Numbered from the stretch's first letter, positions 1-9,790 are shown. The stretch is DNA of 64,000 nt from Angustibacter sp. (GCA_051657715.1 JBOFLF010000015.1:13962-77961), one strand, 5' to 3'. Numbers and translations: made by a program. The notes: a model not told the origin generated them from the sequence alone.

Positions 1-201
1 GCTCAGCCTGGCCGGAGGCTTGGGCGGCGACCGCCTCGGCGATCCGCCTCAGACGAGCTGCCCTGGATGGCCGCTGAGCGCCAGCCGAGAACCTTCCGGT
101 GAGTCCAGGGCAGCCAGTCTGGCCAGCTGGCGGACGACCCGGTGAGCGCCCACCCGCTGGAATAGGCTCCTGCGTAGCCAAGCTGACATACCGGAGGTGC
201 C

Positions 202-3200
202 GTGTTCCGCAAGGTGCTGGTCGCTAACCGTGGCGAGATCGCCGTCCGAGCCTTTCGGGCGGCCACCGAGCAGGGGGCGCAGACGGTCGCGGTGTTCCCG
301 CACGAGGACCGGCGCAGCGAGCACCGGATGAAGGCCGACGAGGCGTACCGGATCGGCGTACCGGGGCATCCGGTACGGGCGTACCTGGACGTCGACGAGG
401 TGATCCGGGTGGCTGGTGAGGCCGGGGCCGACGCGGTGTACCCCGGGTACGGGTTCCTGTCCGAGAACCCGGACCTGGCCCGAGCCTGCGCCGAGGCCGG
501 AATCACCTTCGTCGGCCCCCCCGAGCAGGTGCTGCACCTGACCGGCAATAAGGCCCGGGCGATCGCCGCCGCCCGCGAGGCCGGGCTGCCGGTGCTGGCC
601 AGCGCCGAGCCGTCCACCGACGTGGACTCGCTGATAGCCGCGGCGGACGACGTGGGGTTTCCGCTGTTCGTCAAGGCGGTGGCCGGCGGCGGCGGTCGCG
701 GCATGCGCCGGGTGCCGGACGCCGGCCAGCTGCGCGAGGCGATCGAGGCGGCGATGCGCGAGGCCGAGAGCGCGTTCGGCGACCCGACGGTGTTCCTGGA
801 GCAGGCCGTCGTGGAGCCGCGCCACATCGAGGTGCAGGTGCTCGCGGATGGCGCGGGCAGCGTCCTGCACCTGTACGAGCGGGACTGCTCGGTGCAGCGC
901 CGCCACCAGAAGGTGGTCGAGATCGCCCCGGCGCCGAACCTCGATCCCACGGTGCGGCAACGGATGTGCGACGACGCGGTCGCCTTCGCCCGGCACATCG
1001 GCTACGTCAACGCGGGCACCGTGGAGTTCCTGTTGGACGCTGCCGGTCGGTACGTGTTCATCGAGATGAATCCGCGGATCCAGGTCGAGCACACCATCAC
1101 CGAGGAGGTGACCGACGTCGACCTGGTGCAGTCCCAGCTGCGGATCGCCGCCGGTGAGACCTTGGACGATCTCAGGCTGGCGCAGGATCGGATCACCGTC
1201 CGTGGGGCCGCCCTGCAGTGTCGGATCACCACCGAGGACCCGGCGAACGGCTTCCGCCCGGACACCGGCACCATCACCACCTACCGGTCCGCGGGCGGTG
1301 CGGGCGTCCGGCTGGACGGCGGCACCGTGTTTGTCGGCGCCGAGGTGAACGCCTCCTTCGACTCCATGCTGGTGAAGCTGGTGTGCCGGGGGCCGGACTT
1401 CGCGACCGCGGTCCGGCGCACCCGTCGAGCGCTGGCCGAGTTCCGGGTCCGCGGGGTGTCGACGAACATCCCATTCCTGCAGTCCCTGGTCGAGCACCCG
1501 GACTTCGTCGCCGGCCGGTTGTCCACCTCGTTCATCGACGATCGCCCCGAGCTGCTCACCGCCCGCACCCCCGCCGACCGGGGCAGCCGGCTGCTCACCT
1601 ACTTGGCGCACGTGACGGTGAACCAACCGCACGGCCCGGGCCGGGGGCTGGTCGACCCGGTGACCAAGCTGCCCGAGGTCCCGCTGAACGCTGTGGTCCC
1701 GGCCGGCTCCCGCGAGCACCTGGTGCGGGTCGGCCCGGCCGCGTTCGCCCGCGAGCTGCGCGAGCGTCCCGGCGTGGCGGTCACCGACACCACGTTCCGG
1801 GACGCCCACCAGTCGCTGCTGGCGACCCGGGTCCGGACCCGGGATCTGGTCGCCGTCGGCGGGCACCAAGCTCGGATGCTGCCGCGGCTGTGGAGTGTCG
1901 AGGCGTGGGGCGGGGCCACCTATGACGTCGCGCTGCGGTTCCTCGCCGAGGATCCGTGGGAGCGCCTGGCCGCACTGCGCGAGGCCATGCCCAACCTGTG
2001 CCTGCAGATGCTGCTGCGCGGTCGCAACACCGTCGGCTACACCCCGTACCCCACGCAGGTCACCGACGCGTTCGTCGACGAGGCGGTCCGCACCGGGCTG
2101 GACGTGTTCCGGATCTTCGACGCGCTCAACGACGTCGAGCAGATGCGCCCCGCGATCGATGCCGTGCTGGCCAGCGGTACAGCGGTGGCCGAGGTGGCAC
2201 TGTGCTACACCGGCGACCTGTCCGATCCCGGTGAACGGCTGTACACCCTCGACTACTACCTGCGCCTGGCCGAGCGGATCGTGGACGCCGGCGCGCACGT
2301 GCTGGCGATCAAGGACATGGCCGGGCTGCTGCGCGCACCGGCGGCCCGCACCTTGGTCACCGCGCTGCGGGAGCGGTTCGACCTCCCGGTGCACCTGCAC
2401 ACCCATGACACGCCGGGTGGGCAACTGGCCACCCTGCTGGCCGCGATCGACGCCGGGGTGGACGCCGTGGACACGGCTAGCGCCGCACTCGCCGGCACCA
2501 CCAGCCAGCCCCCGATGTCCGCGCTGGTCGCGGCGACCGATCACACCCCGCGCGCGACCGGTCTGGACCTGCGCGCGGTCTGCGACCTGGAGCCGTACTG
2601 GGAGGCGGTCCGCCGCCTGTACGCACCGTTCGAGTCCGGGCTGCCCGCACCGACCGGCCGGGTGTACGACCACGAGATCCCCGGCGGGCAGCTGTCCAAC
2701 CTGCGTCAGCAAGCGATCGCCCTCGGCCTCGGCGAGAAGTTCGAGGCGGTCGAGGACATGTACGCCGCCGCCAACCGGATCCTGGGCAACATCGTCAAGG
2801 TGACGCCGAGCTCCAAGGTGGTCGGTGACCTCGCGCTCGCCCTGGTCGGCCGCGGCGCCGACCCCGCGCAGTTCGAGGCACAACCGCAGGACTTCGACAT
2901 CCCGGACTCAGTGGTCGGCTTCCTGTCCGGTGAGTTGGGCGACCCTCCCGGCGGGTGGCCAGAACCGTTCCGCAGCAAGGCGTTGCAGGGGCGGGAGGCC
3001 ACCCGACCTCGGGTCACCGAGCTGGCCGACGACGACCGCCGGGCGCTGGCCCAGGACCCGCGCAGCACCCTGAACCGGCTGCTCTTCCCCGGGCCGGACG
3101 CCGACTTTCGAGCCTCTCGCCGGACGTACAGCGACCTGTCGGTGCTGCCCACCCCGCAGTTCCTGCACGGCCTGCGGCCCGGCGAGGAGGTCGAGGTCGA

Positions 3201-3582
3201 GATCGAGCACGGTAAGCGACTGCTGGTCGGCGCTCAGACGGTGAGCGAGGCGGACGAGCGGGGCCTGCGGATCGTGATGTGCACCCTCAACGGCCAGCTG
3301 CGGCCGGTGCAGGTGCAGGACCTGCATGCGGACGTGGACGTCCGGCCGGCGGAGAAGGCCGACCGCTCGGTGCCCGGTCAGGTGCCGGCACCGTTCGCCG
3401 GCGTGGTCACGCTCGCCGTCCGCCTGGGCGAGCAGGTGCCCGCCGGGACGACCGTCGCCACGATCGAGGCGATGAAGATGGAGGCCGCGATCACCACCAC
3501 CGTCGCCGGAACGGTGCAACGGCTGGCGATCGGGGACCGGCAACAGGTGGAAGGCGGCGACCTGCTGGCGGTCATCGCCTAG
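202..3582 (+). CDS. pyc: pyruvate carboxylase
   Basis: 1126-aa ORF. N-terminal biotin carboxylase/ATP-grasp (MFRKVLVANRGEIAVRAFRAA...), central carboxyltransferase region, C-terminal biotinyl motif IEAMKMEA. GTG start preceded by GGAGG at 194-198. Confidence 0.95.
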   Translation: MFRKVLVANRGEIAVRAFRAATEQGAQTVAVFPHEDRRSEHRMKADEAYRIGVPGHPVRAYLDVDEVIRVAGEAGADAVYPGYGFLSENPDLARACAEAGITFVGPPEQVLHLTGNKARAIAAAREAGLPVLASAEPSTDVDSLIAAADDVGFPLFVKAVAGGGGRGMRRVPDAGQLREAIEAAMREAESAFGDPTVFLEQAVVEPRHIEVQVLADGAGSVLHLYERDCSVQRRHQKVVEIAPAPNLDPTVRQRMCDDAVAFARHIGYVNAGTVEFLLDAAGRYVFIEMNPRIQVEHTITEEVTDVDLVQSQLRIAAGETLDDLRLAQDRITVRGAALQCRITTEDPANGFRPDTGTITTYRSAGGAGVRLDGGTVFVGAEVNASFDSMLVKLVCRGPDFATAVRRTRRALAEFRVRGVSTNIPFLQSLVEHPDFVAGRLSTSFIDDRPELLTARTPADRGSRLLTYLAHVTVNQPHGPGRGLVDPVTKLPEVPLNAVVPAGSREHLVRVGPAAFARELRERPGVAVTDTTFRDAHQSLLATRVRTRDLVAVGGHQARMLPRLWSVEAWGGATYDVALRFLAEDPWERLAALREAMPNLCLQMLLRGRNTVGYTPYPTQVTDAFVDEAVRTGLDVFRIFDALNDVEQMRPAIDAVLASGTAVAEVALCYTGDLSDPGERLYTLDYYLRLAERIVDAGAHVLAIKDMAGLLRAPAARTLVTALRERFDLPVHLHTHDTPGGQLATLLAAIDAGVDAVDTASAALAGTTSQPPMSALVAATDHTPRATGLDLRAVCDLEPYWEAVRRLYAPFESGLPAPTGRVYDHEIPGGQLSNLRQQAIALGLGEKFEAVEDMYAAANRILGNIVKVTPSSKVVGDLALALVGRGADPAQFEAQPQDFDIPDSVVGFLSGELGDPPGGWPEPFRSKALQGREATRPRVTELADDDRRALAQDPRSTLNRLLFPGPDADFRASRRTYSDLSVLPTPQFLHGLRPGEEVEVEIEHGKRLLVGAQTVSEADERGLRIVMCTLNGQLRPVQVQDLHADVDVRPAEKADRSVPGQVPAPFAGVVTLAVRLGEQVPAGTTVATIEAMKMEAAITTTVAGTVQRLAIGDRQQVEGGDLLAVIA

Positions 3583-3638
3583 GGACGCGTCGTCAGCGTG
3601 ATCGCCTCGTGATCGCCTAGAGACGCGTCGTCAGCGTG
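3574..3638. repeat. 38-bp-period tandem duplication at the convergent pyc/smpB 3' ends
   Basis: ATCGCCTAGGGACGCGTCGTCAGCGTG (3574-3600) recurs as ATCGCCTAGAGACGCGTCGTCAGCGTG (3612-3638) with one mismatch. A partial ATCGCCTCGTG lies between them. Copy 1 holds the pyc TAG stop and copy 2 the smpB TGA stop. Confidence 0.85.
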
Positions 3639-4101
3639 CTTCGCGGCGACCCATCGCCCGAGCCGCCTCCCGCTGGTCCTGCTTCGCGCGCAACGTCTGG
3701 CGCTTGTCGTAGTCCCGTTTGCCCCGGGCCACCGCGATCTCCACCTTGGCCCGGCCGTCCAAGAAGTACAGCGACAGCGGTACCAGGGTGTACCCACGCT
3801 CGCGGGTTGCCCGAGCCAAACGGTCGATCTCGTGCCGGTGCATCAGCAGCTTGCGTCGACGTCTCGGTGGGTGGTTGGTCCAGGTGCCGGCGGTGTACTC
3901 CGGGATGTGCACGTGCTCGAGCCACGCCTCCCCGTCGGTCACCGAGGCGAAACCGTCCGCCAACGAGACCCGCCCGGCCCGTAACGATTTCACCTCGGTT
4001 CCGGACAACACGATCCCGGCCTCGACCACGTCCTCGACGTGGTAGTCGTGGCGAGCACGACGGTTGCTCGCGACGAGCTTGCGCCCGATGTCCTTAGCCA
4101 C
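3631..4101 (-). CDS. smpB: SsrA-binding protein SmpB
   Basis: 156 aa with the typical SmpB N-terminus ([29 protein letters not shown]) and a basic C-terminal tail. Same strand and position as in the ftsEX-smpB block. Confidence 0.95.
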   Translation of the reverse strand: MAKDIGRKLVASNRRARHDYHVEDVVEAGIVLSGTEVKSLRAGRVSLADGFASVTDGEAWLEHVHIPEYTAGTWTNHPPRRRRKLLMHRHEIDRLARATRERGYTLVPLSLYFLDGRAKVEIAVARGKRDYDKRQTLRAKQDQREAARAMGRREAR

Positions 4102-4151
4102 GACTGGTCCTCAACGCTGGAGCCTGCACCGGCCCAGGCTATCGGTCGGGC

Positions 4152-5450
4152 TCAGAGCCACCCGCGAGGATTGACCGGGGTGCCCCCTTGGTAGGTCTCG
4201 AAGTGCAGGTGGCACCCGGTCGACGTTCCGGTCGTGCCGACGTAGCCGATGATCTGCCCGCGAGTCACGCCGCCGCCTTGCACGATCCGGGACAGGTGGC
4301 TGTACGTCGTCGCCAGGCTGTGCCCCCGGACGTTCCCGTGCGCGACGGTGATCCGGTTGCCGTAGCCTCCGGCCCAACCAGCCTGGATGACCCGGCCGGT
4401 CGCGGCGGCCCGCACCGGCGTGCCGCACGGAGCCCCGAAGTCCATCCCGGCGTGCAGACGGGTGTAGTGCAGGATCGGGTGGTAGCGCATCCCGAACTCC
4501 GAGGTGACCGGCGCACCGGGGGTCGGCGACGACAGGTAGCCGCCTGGGGAGTCCGCGCCACCGCTGCCACCACCGTCATCCGCTGACGCCGCCCGCAGCT
4601 CGCGGGCCGCGATAGCTCGCAGCCTGGCCTCCAACCGGCCACGTTCGGCCTCGAGCGCGCCCAACCGTCGACGCTCAGCAGCTCGGCGGGCCTGGATCGC
4701 GGCCGCAGCCTGACGTTGGCTCGCCAGCAGCGACGCCACCCGGACCTGCGCCGCACGTGCCGCCCGCTCGGCCGCCTGCGCGCGGGCGAGGTTGTCCCGA
4801 GCCTCCTTCTCCAGCAGGGCGATCTGCTCCCGGATGGCCGTCAGCTTGGCTTGCCGCGCCTTCGTCTCGGCGCGGCGCACGTCCAACTCGGTGATGGCCT
4901 GGCCTTGCAGCTGCAGCGCCGTGTCCACAGCGGCCATCCGGGCCGCGAAATCATCGGCGCTCTGTGCCGCCAGGGCGACTGACAACTCACCGACCCCACC
5001 GGTCTGGCGAGCTTGCCGCGCGATCGCGCCCACCCGCTCATCCGCCGCTTGCGTGGACCGCTCGGTCTGGGCGAGATCATCCAGCGCTTGCTGCTCGCTG
5101 GCCCGTGCGACGTCGAGGCGGCGCTTCAACTCTTCGGCGCGTTGCCGTCGAGTCTGCACTTCGCGCTGAGCCGCGGCCAGTTCGGCACGGGCGACGTTCA
5201 GCTGAGCCGTGGTCCGTCGGACCCGCTGCCAGGCACGGACCAGATCCGCGGAGGTGTCCTGCAGGTCGTCTTCGAGAGAGTCGATACGCCGGTCAACGGC
5301 TCGCTTGTCGTCCCCGGGGTCTGATCGCAGGGACCCCCCGGCACCGCTTGCCACGCTTGGCACCACGACGAGCGAGGAGAGCGTGGCGGCGACCACACAC
5401 CAGCGGAGTACCTGACCACCTCGAGCACCAACGCCTCGAGCACGCTGCAT
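4152..5450 (-). CDS. secreted coiled-coil M23 (LytM-type) peptidoglycan metalloendopeptidase
   Basis: Signal/TM-like N-terminus from the ATG at 5450 (MQRARGVGARGGQVLRWCVVAATLSSLVVVPSVASG). About 250 aa of heptad-like Q/A/R/E-rich sequence follows. C-terminal M23 domain has intact HxxxD (HAGMD) and HxH (CHLHFE) motifs. The ORF could extend to 5558. Confidence 0.85.
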   Translation of the reverse strand: MQRARGVGARGGQVLRWCVVAATLSSLVVVPSVASGAGGSLRSDPGDDKRAVDRRIDSLEDDLQDTSADLVRAWQRVRRTTAQLNVARAELAAAQREVQTRRQRAEELKRRLDVARASEQQALDDLAQTERSTQAADERVGAIARQARQTGGVGELSVALAAQSADDFAARMAAVDTALQLQGQAITELDVRRAETKARQAKLTAIREQIALLEKEARDNLARAQAAERAARAAQVRVASLLASQRQAAAAIQARRAAERRRLGALEAERGRLEARLRAIAARELRAASADDGGGSGGADSPGGYLSSPTPGAPVTSEFGMRYHPILHYTRLHAGMDFGAPCGTPVRAAATGRVIQAGWAGGYGNRITVAHGNVRGHSLATTYSHLSRIVQGGGVTRGQIIGYVGTTGTSTGCHLHFETYQGGTPVNPRGWL

Positions 5451-5595
5451 CCGCCAGACCCCTCGTCTCAGCCATCCGTCCGGGTGGGCAGCACCCTGAA
5501 CCCCTATCGCCACATTGGTACCACAGGTCACACCGATCACTGTGGAACCGACCCTCATGGATCGAGACCGGGGCGAACGTGGACGCTACGCACCA

Positions 5596-6504
5596 CTACA
5601 CACGTAAATACCATCGAGTGGTGAGGAACGACGTCAGGAAAGTGACCACCACCGCGGCACCCAGCAGGACGGGTGCGATCAGCAACACGTCCCCACCGGT
5701 CACGAACGGGATGAACTGCAACTTCTCCGACAGCCACCCCTGAAGAAAGAACCGGGCGAAGCCATAGAGCAAACCAACTGCCAACACGCTGCCCAGGACG
5801 GTGGCGAGCACCGCTTCGAGGATGAAGGGCAGCTGGATGAACAGGCTCGACGCACCGACCAATCGCATGATGCCGATCTCTCGCCGCCGGTTGAACACCG
5901 ACAACCGGACCGCGGTGGCGATCAGCAGGATCGCGGCCACCGTGGTGACGGCCGCGAACACCGCACCGGCGATCGTCATCCCGTTGAGGAATGCGAAGAG
6001 GGTGGACAACAAACGTCGTTGGTCGATAACCCGTTCCACTCCAGGTGCGCCCTGGAAGGCGCTCGCCACCACATCGTATTTCTGGGGGTCGCTGAGCTTG
6101 ACCCGAAAGCTCTCCTGCATCTGATCCGGTCGAACGGTGTCCTTGATCGCCGAATCGCGGAATTGCTCGATGAAATGCTGGTACGCCTCTTCCTTGGACT
6201 CGAAATACACCTTCTCCACCAGCGGCCGGAGCGACTCCAGCTGACTGCTCAGCTCGTCCTTCTGCGCCTGGGTCACCTCGCCGCCGGCGCAGGCCGCCTG
6301 CGCAGAGCGCTCCGGGCACAACGAGATCCACACCTCGACCTTGCCGTACCAGAAATCCTTGATCGCGTTGCCCTGCATGCTCGACATCACACCGAGGCCC
6401 AGGAAGACGAACGAGATCATCGTGACCAACACCAGTGAGACCGCCATGGACAGGTTGCGGCGGATCCCGATGGCCATCTCACTGAGCACGAACTGGGGGC
6501 GCAT
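5596..6504 (-). CDS. ftsX: cell-division ABC transporter permease FtsX
   Basis: 302 aa. One N-terminal TM, a large extracellular loop and three C-terminal TMs (FtsX topology). GAAGGAG Shine-Dalgarno before the ATG. Lies downstream of ftsE. Confidence 0.9.
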   Translation of the reverse strand: MRPQFVLSEMAIGIRRNLSMAVSLVLVTMISFVFLGLGVMSSMQGNAIKDFWYGKVEVWISLCPERSAQAACAGGEVTQAQKDELSSQLESLRPLVEKVYFESKEEAYQHFIEQFRDSAIKDTVRPDQMQESFRVKLSDPQKYDVVASAFQGAPGVERVIDQRRLLSTLFAFLNGMTIAGAVFAAVTTVAAILLIATAVRLSVFNRRREIGIMRLVGASSLFIQLPFILEAVLATVLGSVLAVGLLYGFARFFLQGWLSEKLQFIPFVTGGDVLLIAPVLLGAAVVVTFLTSFLTTRWYLRV

Positions 6505-6648
6505 GGCTCCTTCTCGGTGTGCTGGTGTTGTTCGGAGGTGCTGGTGTTTTTTCTGATGGTTTTGCAGGTGCTGATCTGGGTTTCGCAGGTGCTGGAGTAG
6601 TCCTCGATATTCTTGGGCGGACGTAATTCCTGGGCGGACGTACCGGGT
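6505..6648. repeat. repeat-built, low-GC ftsE-ftsX intergenic spacer
   Basis: Two adjacent 17-mers, ATTCTTGGGCGGACGTA (6609-6625) and ATTCCTGGGCGGACGTA (6626-6642). Four copies of GTGCTG(G/A) start at 6519, 6538, 6568 and 6589. There is also a T7 run. Confidence 0.8.
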
Positions 6649-7338
6649 CTAGCGAGCGGAGCCGTAGACCCCACGGGCCTGATCCCGCACCAGACGACCG
6701 TTGTCCAGCTCGACCACCCGCTTGCGGAGCGTGTCGACGATCTCGTCGTCATGAGTGGCCATGACGATCGTGGTGCCGGTCTTGTTGATCTGATCCAGCA
6801 ATCGGGTGATGCCGATGCTGGTGGTCGGGTCAAGGTTCCCGGTCGGCTCATCTGCGAGCAAGATGGCCGGACGGTTCACAAAGGCCCGGGCGATCGCCAC
6901 CCGCTGTTGCTCACCGCCGGACAATTCATGTGGCAATCGTTCCTCCTTGCCGCCAAGGCCCACCAGCTCCAACGTCTCGGGCACCACCTGGGCGATCGCG
7001 TGTCGTGGTTTCCCGATCACCTGCAACGCGAAGGCGACGTTCTGAAACACCGTCTTGCCGGGAAGCAGGCGGAAGTCCTGGAAGACGGCGCCGATCTGTT
7101 GCCGCAGATGAGGGACCTTCCAGCTCGGCAGGTGCGCCACGTCCTTGCCGGCCACGTGCACGCTGCCGCGGGTGGCCCGCTCCTCTCGCAGCACGAGGCG
7201 TAGCAACGTGGACTTGCCCGAGCCCGACGCACCGACCATGAAGACGAACTCCCCCCGCGTGACCTCCACGGTGACCTCGTCCAAGGCAGGACGGTGACCT
7301 GCGGCATAGACCTTGCTCACCTTGTCCAGTCGGATCAC
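6649..7338 (-). CDS. ftsE: cell-division ABC transporter ATPase FtsE
   Basis: 229 aa. Walker [13 protein letters not shown] signature LSGGEQQRV, Walker [10 protein letters not shown]. Confidence 0.95.
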   Translation of the reverse strand: MIRLDKVSKVYAAGHRPALDEVTVEVTRGEFVFMVGASGSGKSTLLRLVLREERATRGSVHVAGKDVAHLPSWKVPHLRQQIGAVFQDFRLLPGKTVFQNVAFALQVIGKPRHAIAQVVPETLELVGLGGKEERLPHELSGGEQQRVAIARAFVNRPAILLADEPTGNLDPTTSIGITRLLDQINKTGTTIVMATHDDEIVDTLRKRVVELDNGRLVRDQARGVYGSAR

Positions 7339-7422
7339 CGACCCAGCCTACGTCCAGCGCATCGCCCGAGCGGGTCGTTGAGGCCGGCCCTGCGTGTCTC
7401 ACGTCGCCAAGTGCACTGAGAC

Positions 7423-7462
7423 GGATGGTCGGTCACATCGCCGGATGGCCGGTCACATCGCC
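7423..7462. repeat. 20-bp x2 tandem duplication just downstream of prfB
   Basis: GGATGGTCGGTCACATCGCC (7423-7442) is followed directly by GGATGGCCGGTCACATCGCC (7443-7462). Confidence 0.9.
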
Positions 7463-7472
7463 CTTGGACAGA

Positions 7473-8585
7473 TCAGGCGGACACCTGGCCTTGGGTGCGC
7501 TTCCAACGGATACCGGCTTCAAGAAATCCGTCTAGATCACCGTCGAAAACCGCCGAAGGATTACCGACCTCGTGGTCGGTGCGCAAATCCTTCACCATCT
7601 GATACGGGTGGAGCACGTAGGAACGCATCTGATTGCCCCAGCTGGACCCGCCGTCCTTGAGAGCATCCATCGCCGCACGCTCCTGCGCCTTGCGCACCTG
7701 CAACAGCCTCGCCTGCAGCACCTTGAGCGCGGCGGCCCGGTTCTGGATTTGTGATTTCTCGTTCTGCATGGACACCACGATCCCCGTGGGGAGGTGGGTC
7801 ATCCGCACCGCCGAGTCGGTGGTGTTAACGCTCTGCCCACCAGGCCCGGACGAACGGAAGACGTCGACCTTGATCTCCGAATCCGGGATGTCCACATGGT
7901 CGGTCGATTCAGTCACCGGCAGCACCTCAACACCGGCGAAGCTGGTCTGGCGGCGTCCCTGGTTGTCGAACGGGCTGATCCGGACCAAGCGGTGGGTGCC
8001 CTGCTCGACCGCCAACGTGCCGAAGGCGTACGGCGTGTGCACCGCGAAGGTGGCGGACTTCACCCCAGCCTCCTCGGCATAGCTGGTGTCGAGCACTTCG
8101 GCCGGGTAGCCATGCCGCTCTGCCCATCGCAGGTACATCCGCACCAGCATCTCGGCGAAATCCGCGGCATCTACTCCCCCGGCCTCGGCCCGGATCGTCA
8201 CCAGCGCCTCACGCTCGTCGTACTCGCCGTTGAGCAGCGTGCGGACCTCCAGCTCGGAGACGGCACGTCGGACCCCGTCCAACTCTGACTCGGCCTCCGC
8301 CAAGGTGTCGGCGTCGTCTTCCTCCTGTGCCATCTGCACTAGAACCTCGAGGTCATCGATTCGCTGCCCGAGCGTCAGCACCCGCTCCAGCTCGGCATTC
8401 AGATGACTGAGCTGGCTGGTCACCCGTTGGGCGACCTCCTGGTCGTCCCACAGGTCTGGTGCGGCCGCTCGATCTTCGAGCTCGGCGATCTCCTTGCGCA
8501 GGCGATCGACGCCCGTCACCTGCTGGATGGAGTGAAAGGTGGCCTGAAGCGCGCGGATCTCATGGGGAAAGTCGATGGTGGCCAC
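7473..8585 (-). CDS. prfB: peptide chain release factor 2
   Basis: SPF tripeptide ([11 protein letters not shown]) and GGQ motif ([17 protein letters not shown]). Continuous frame with no programmed +1 frameshift site. Start taken as the GTG at 8585 ([13 protein letters not shown]...); the ORF can extend to a TTG at 8633. Confidence 0.9.
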   Translation of the reverse strand: MATIDFPHEIRALQATFHSIQQVTGVDRLRKEIAELEDRAAAPDLWDDQEVAQRVTSQLSHLNAELERVLTLGQRIDDLEVLVQMAQEEDDADTLAEAESELDGVRRAVSELEVRTLLNGEYDEREALVTIRAEAGGVDAADFAEMLVRMYLRWAERHGYPAEVLDTSYAEEAGVKSATFAVHTPYAFGTLAVEQGTHRLVRISPFDNQGRRQTSFAGVEVLPVTESTDHVDIPDSEIKVDVFRSSGPGGQSVNTTDSAVRMTHLPTGIVVSMQNEKSQIQNRAAALKVLQARLLQVRKAQERAAMDALKDGGSSWGNQMRSYVLHPYQMVKDLRTDHEVGNPSAVFDGDLDGFLEAGIRWKRTQGQVSA

Positions 8586-8713
8586 AAGGTAGGAGGATAT
8601 GCCAGGCCAGCTCGGCCAGCTGCGCTGCGGCAAGACATGGCTGGCTGTCGATCAATGGAACCACCGGCCGGCGGATGTCGTCGCGAAGCGGCGCCCGGCA
8701 GCAGGTACCAGCA

Positions 8714-9292
8714 TCACCGGTCGATGTCACCTCGAGCTGTCGCCTGCACCGTCACCGTGATACCGCCGGCGAAATCGTCGACCACCCACGCAGCGATCGG
8801 CAGCTGCACTCGGCCGCTGAGTTGTACGGTCGCGCTTCGCCCGTCGTCAGTCCCGGTCCTAGGCCCTAGACGGATGGCGTCGACCCGGCGCGGAGGCGGG
8901 ACCCGCGCGAGGTACCGGGCAGCTTCGGCCCGGACTCCGGCATCGGTGACGGGCACGGTTGCCCTCAGAGGTGACGTGTACAGCCCTGGCCCGGCGAGCG
9001 TATCGGCGGCATCAAGAGCGGCGCCGTCCGCGATGTCGAGCAGCTGGGTACGAGCCAGGTGGACCGCGGTCGCGTTGACGACGACGGCGATCAGCCCGAA
9101 GCACACCACGACATACCCGATCACCAAGATGCTGATCTGCCCGTCGTCGCCAACGGTGGCCCGACGAACGGACCAGCCGCGCATTCGGCGGACCGCCACG
9201 GCTCGCGAAGCGGCCGCGATCGCGCTGGCCATCTCGAGCGGTGCGGCCACCCACCGCGGCAGGCTGACTGCCGGCCCGATCGATGACGTCAT
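8714..9292 (-). CDS. TadG-like (Flp pilus-assembly TadE/G-like) membrane-anchored protein
   Basis: 192 aa from the ATG at 9292, which overlaps the stop of the upstream gene (9289-9292). N-terminal motif GDDGQISILVIGYVVVCFGLIAVVVNATAVHLARTQL resembles the TadG N-terminal anchor. Last gene of the tad operon. Confidence 0.6.
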   Translation of the reverse strand: MTSSIGPAVSLPRWVAAPLEMASAIAAASRAVAVRRMRGWSVRRATVGDDGQISILVIGYVVVCFGLIAVVVNATAVHLARTQLLDIADGAALDAADTLAGPGLYTSPLRATVPVTDAGVRAEAARYLARVPPPRRVDAIRLGPRTGTDDGRSATVQLSGRVQLPIAAWVVDDFAGGITVTVQATARGDIDR

Positions 9293-9774
9293 CGTCGTGC
9301 CCGAAAGCGATCCACCGTGGCGATGTGGGTGGCCTGCATCTCGATCTGTGCCGGCACGACCGAGCTGAATCCACGAGGCATACCAGGCAGGTCGACATCG
9401 ACGACCACCCGGACCGGGATCCGCGACTGAGGGCGCAGGCAGTCGGGGGTCGCGCATGAGATCTCCAGCTCGGTGATGGCGTCGGCGGCAAAGCCTTGAT
9501 CGGCCACCGCGACAACGGCCGCGGCGACAGCGCGGCGGCGACCGGCGTCCGGACTTGGTGCGGTCACGAACACCCGACCAGCCTCCCTGGCCGCGGCCTG
9601 GGCCGCATACGCGCCAGCTTGAATGCGTCCAAGCGCGAACACCAGGTACACCAGTGGGACCAGGGCCACGACTGCCAGCAGACTGAACTCGACCAAGGCG
9701 CTGCCCGTCTCGTCCTTCTCCTGGCCGGTGCGCGCTCGAGCGGCCATCACGATGCGCCGACGAACCGCCCTCAT
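9289..9774 (-). CDS. TadE-like pseudopilin / pilus assembly protein
   Basis: 161 aa with TadE-type N-terminus (DETGSALVEFSLLAVVALVPLVYLVFALG). Operon context. Confidence 0.65.
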   Translation of the reverse strand: MRAVRRRIVMAARARTGQEKDETGSALVEFSLLAVVALVPLVYLVFALGRIQAGAYAAQAAAREAGRVFVTAPSPDAGRRRAVAAAVVAVADQGFAADAITELEISCATPDCLRPQSRIPVRVVVDVDLPGMPRGFSSVVPAQIEMQATHIATVDRFRARR

Positions 9775-9790
9775 GCCGCACCGGACTCCA

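Noticed and set aside
1-201. Possible 5' end of a leftward (minus-strand) gene, or a 46-codon ORF (ATG about 189 to stop 49), upstream of pyc.
   Set aside because: One minus frame stays open to the window edge (..LRRIAEAVAAQASGQAE). It has no canonical start within the last 60 or so codons other than a TTG and only moderate GC3. There is too little sequence to call.
49-2883. Very long ORFs antisense to recognised genes. Examples are 49-2883(-), 32144-33841(-), 33941-35563(-), 36736-37857(-), 53327-54577(-) and 61767-62960(-).
   Set aside because: Their translations are monotonous R/G/A/P/H-rich strings with no motifs. They lie opposite genes with clear family signatures. Open antisense frames are expected in DNA of about 70% GC because stop codons are AT-rich.
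7473-8633. Programmed +1 frameshift site in prfB.
   Set aside because: The RF2 frame is continuous from the GTG at 8585 through SPF and GGQ to the stop. There is no in-frame early UGA or CUU-UGA-C type site.
8599-8760. 53-codon plus-strand ORF starting just after a strong AGGAGGA, between prfB and the tad operon.
   Set aside because: The SD-to-ATG spacing is only 2 nt. The peptide has no features, and its 3' end overlaps the TadG-like gene. The AGGAGG is more likely fortuitous, being the complement of the prfB 5' region.
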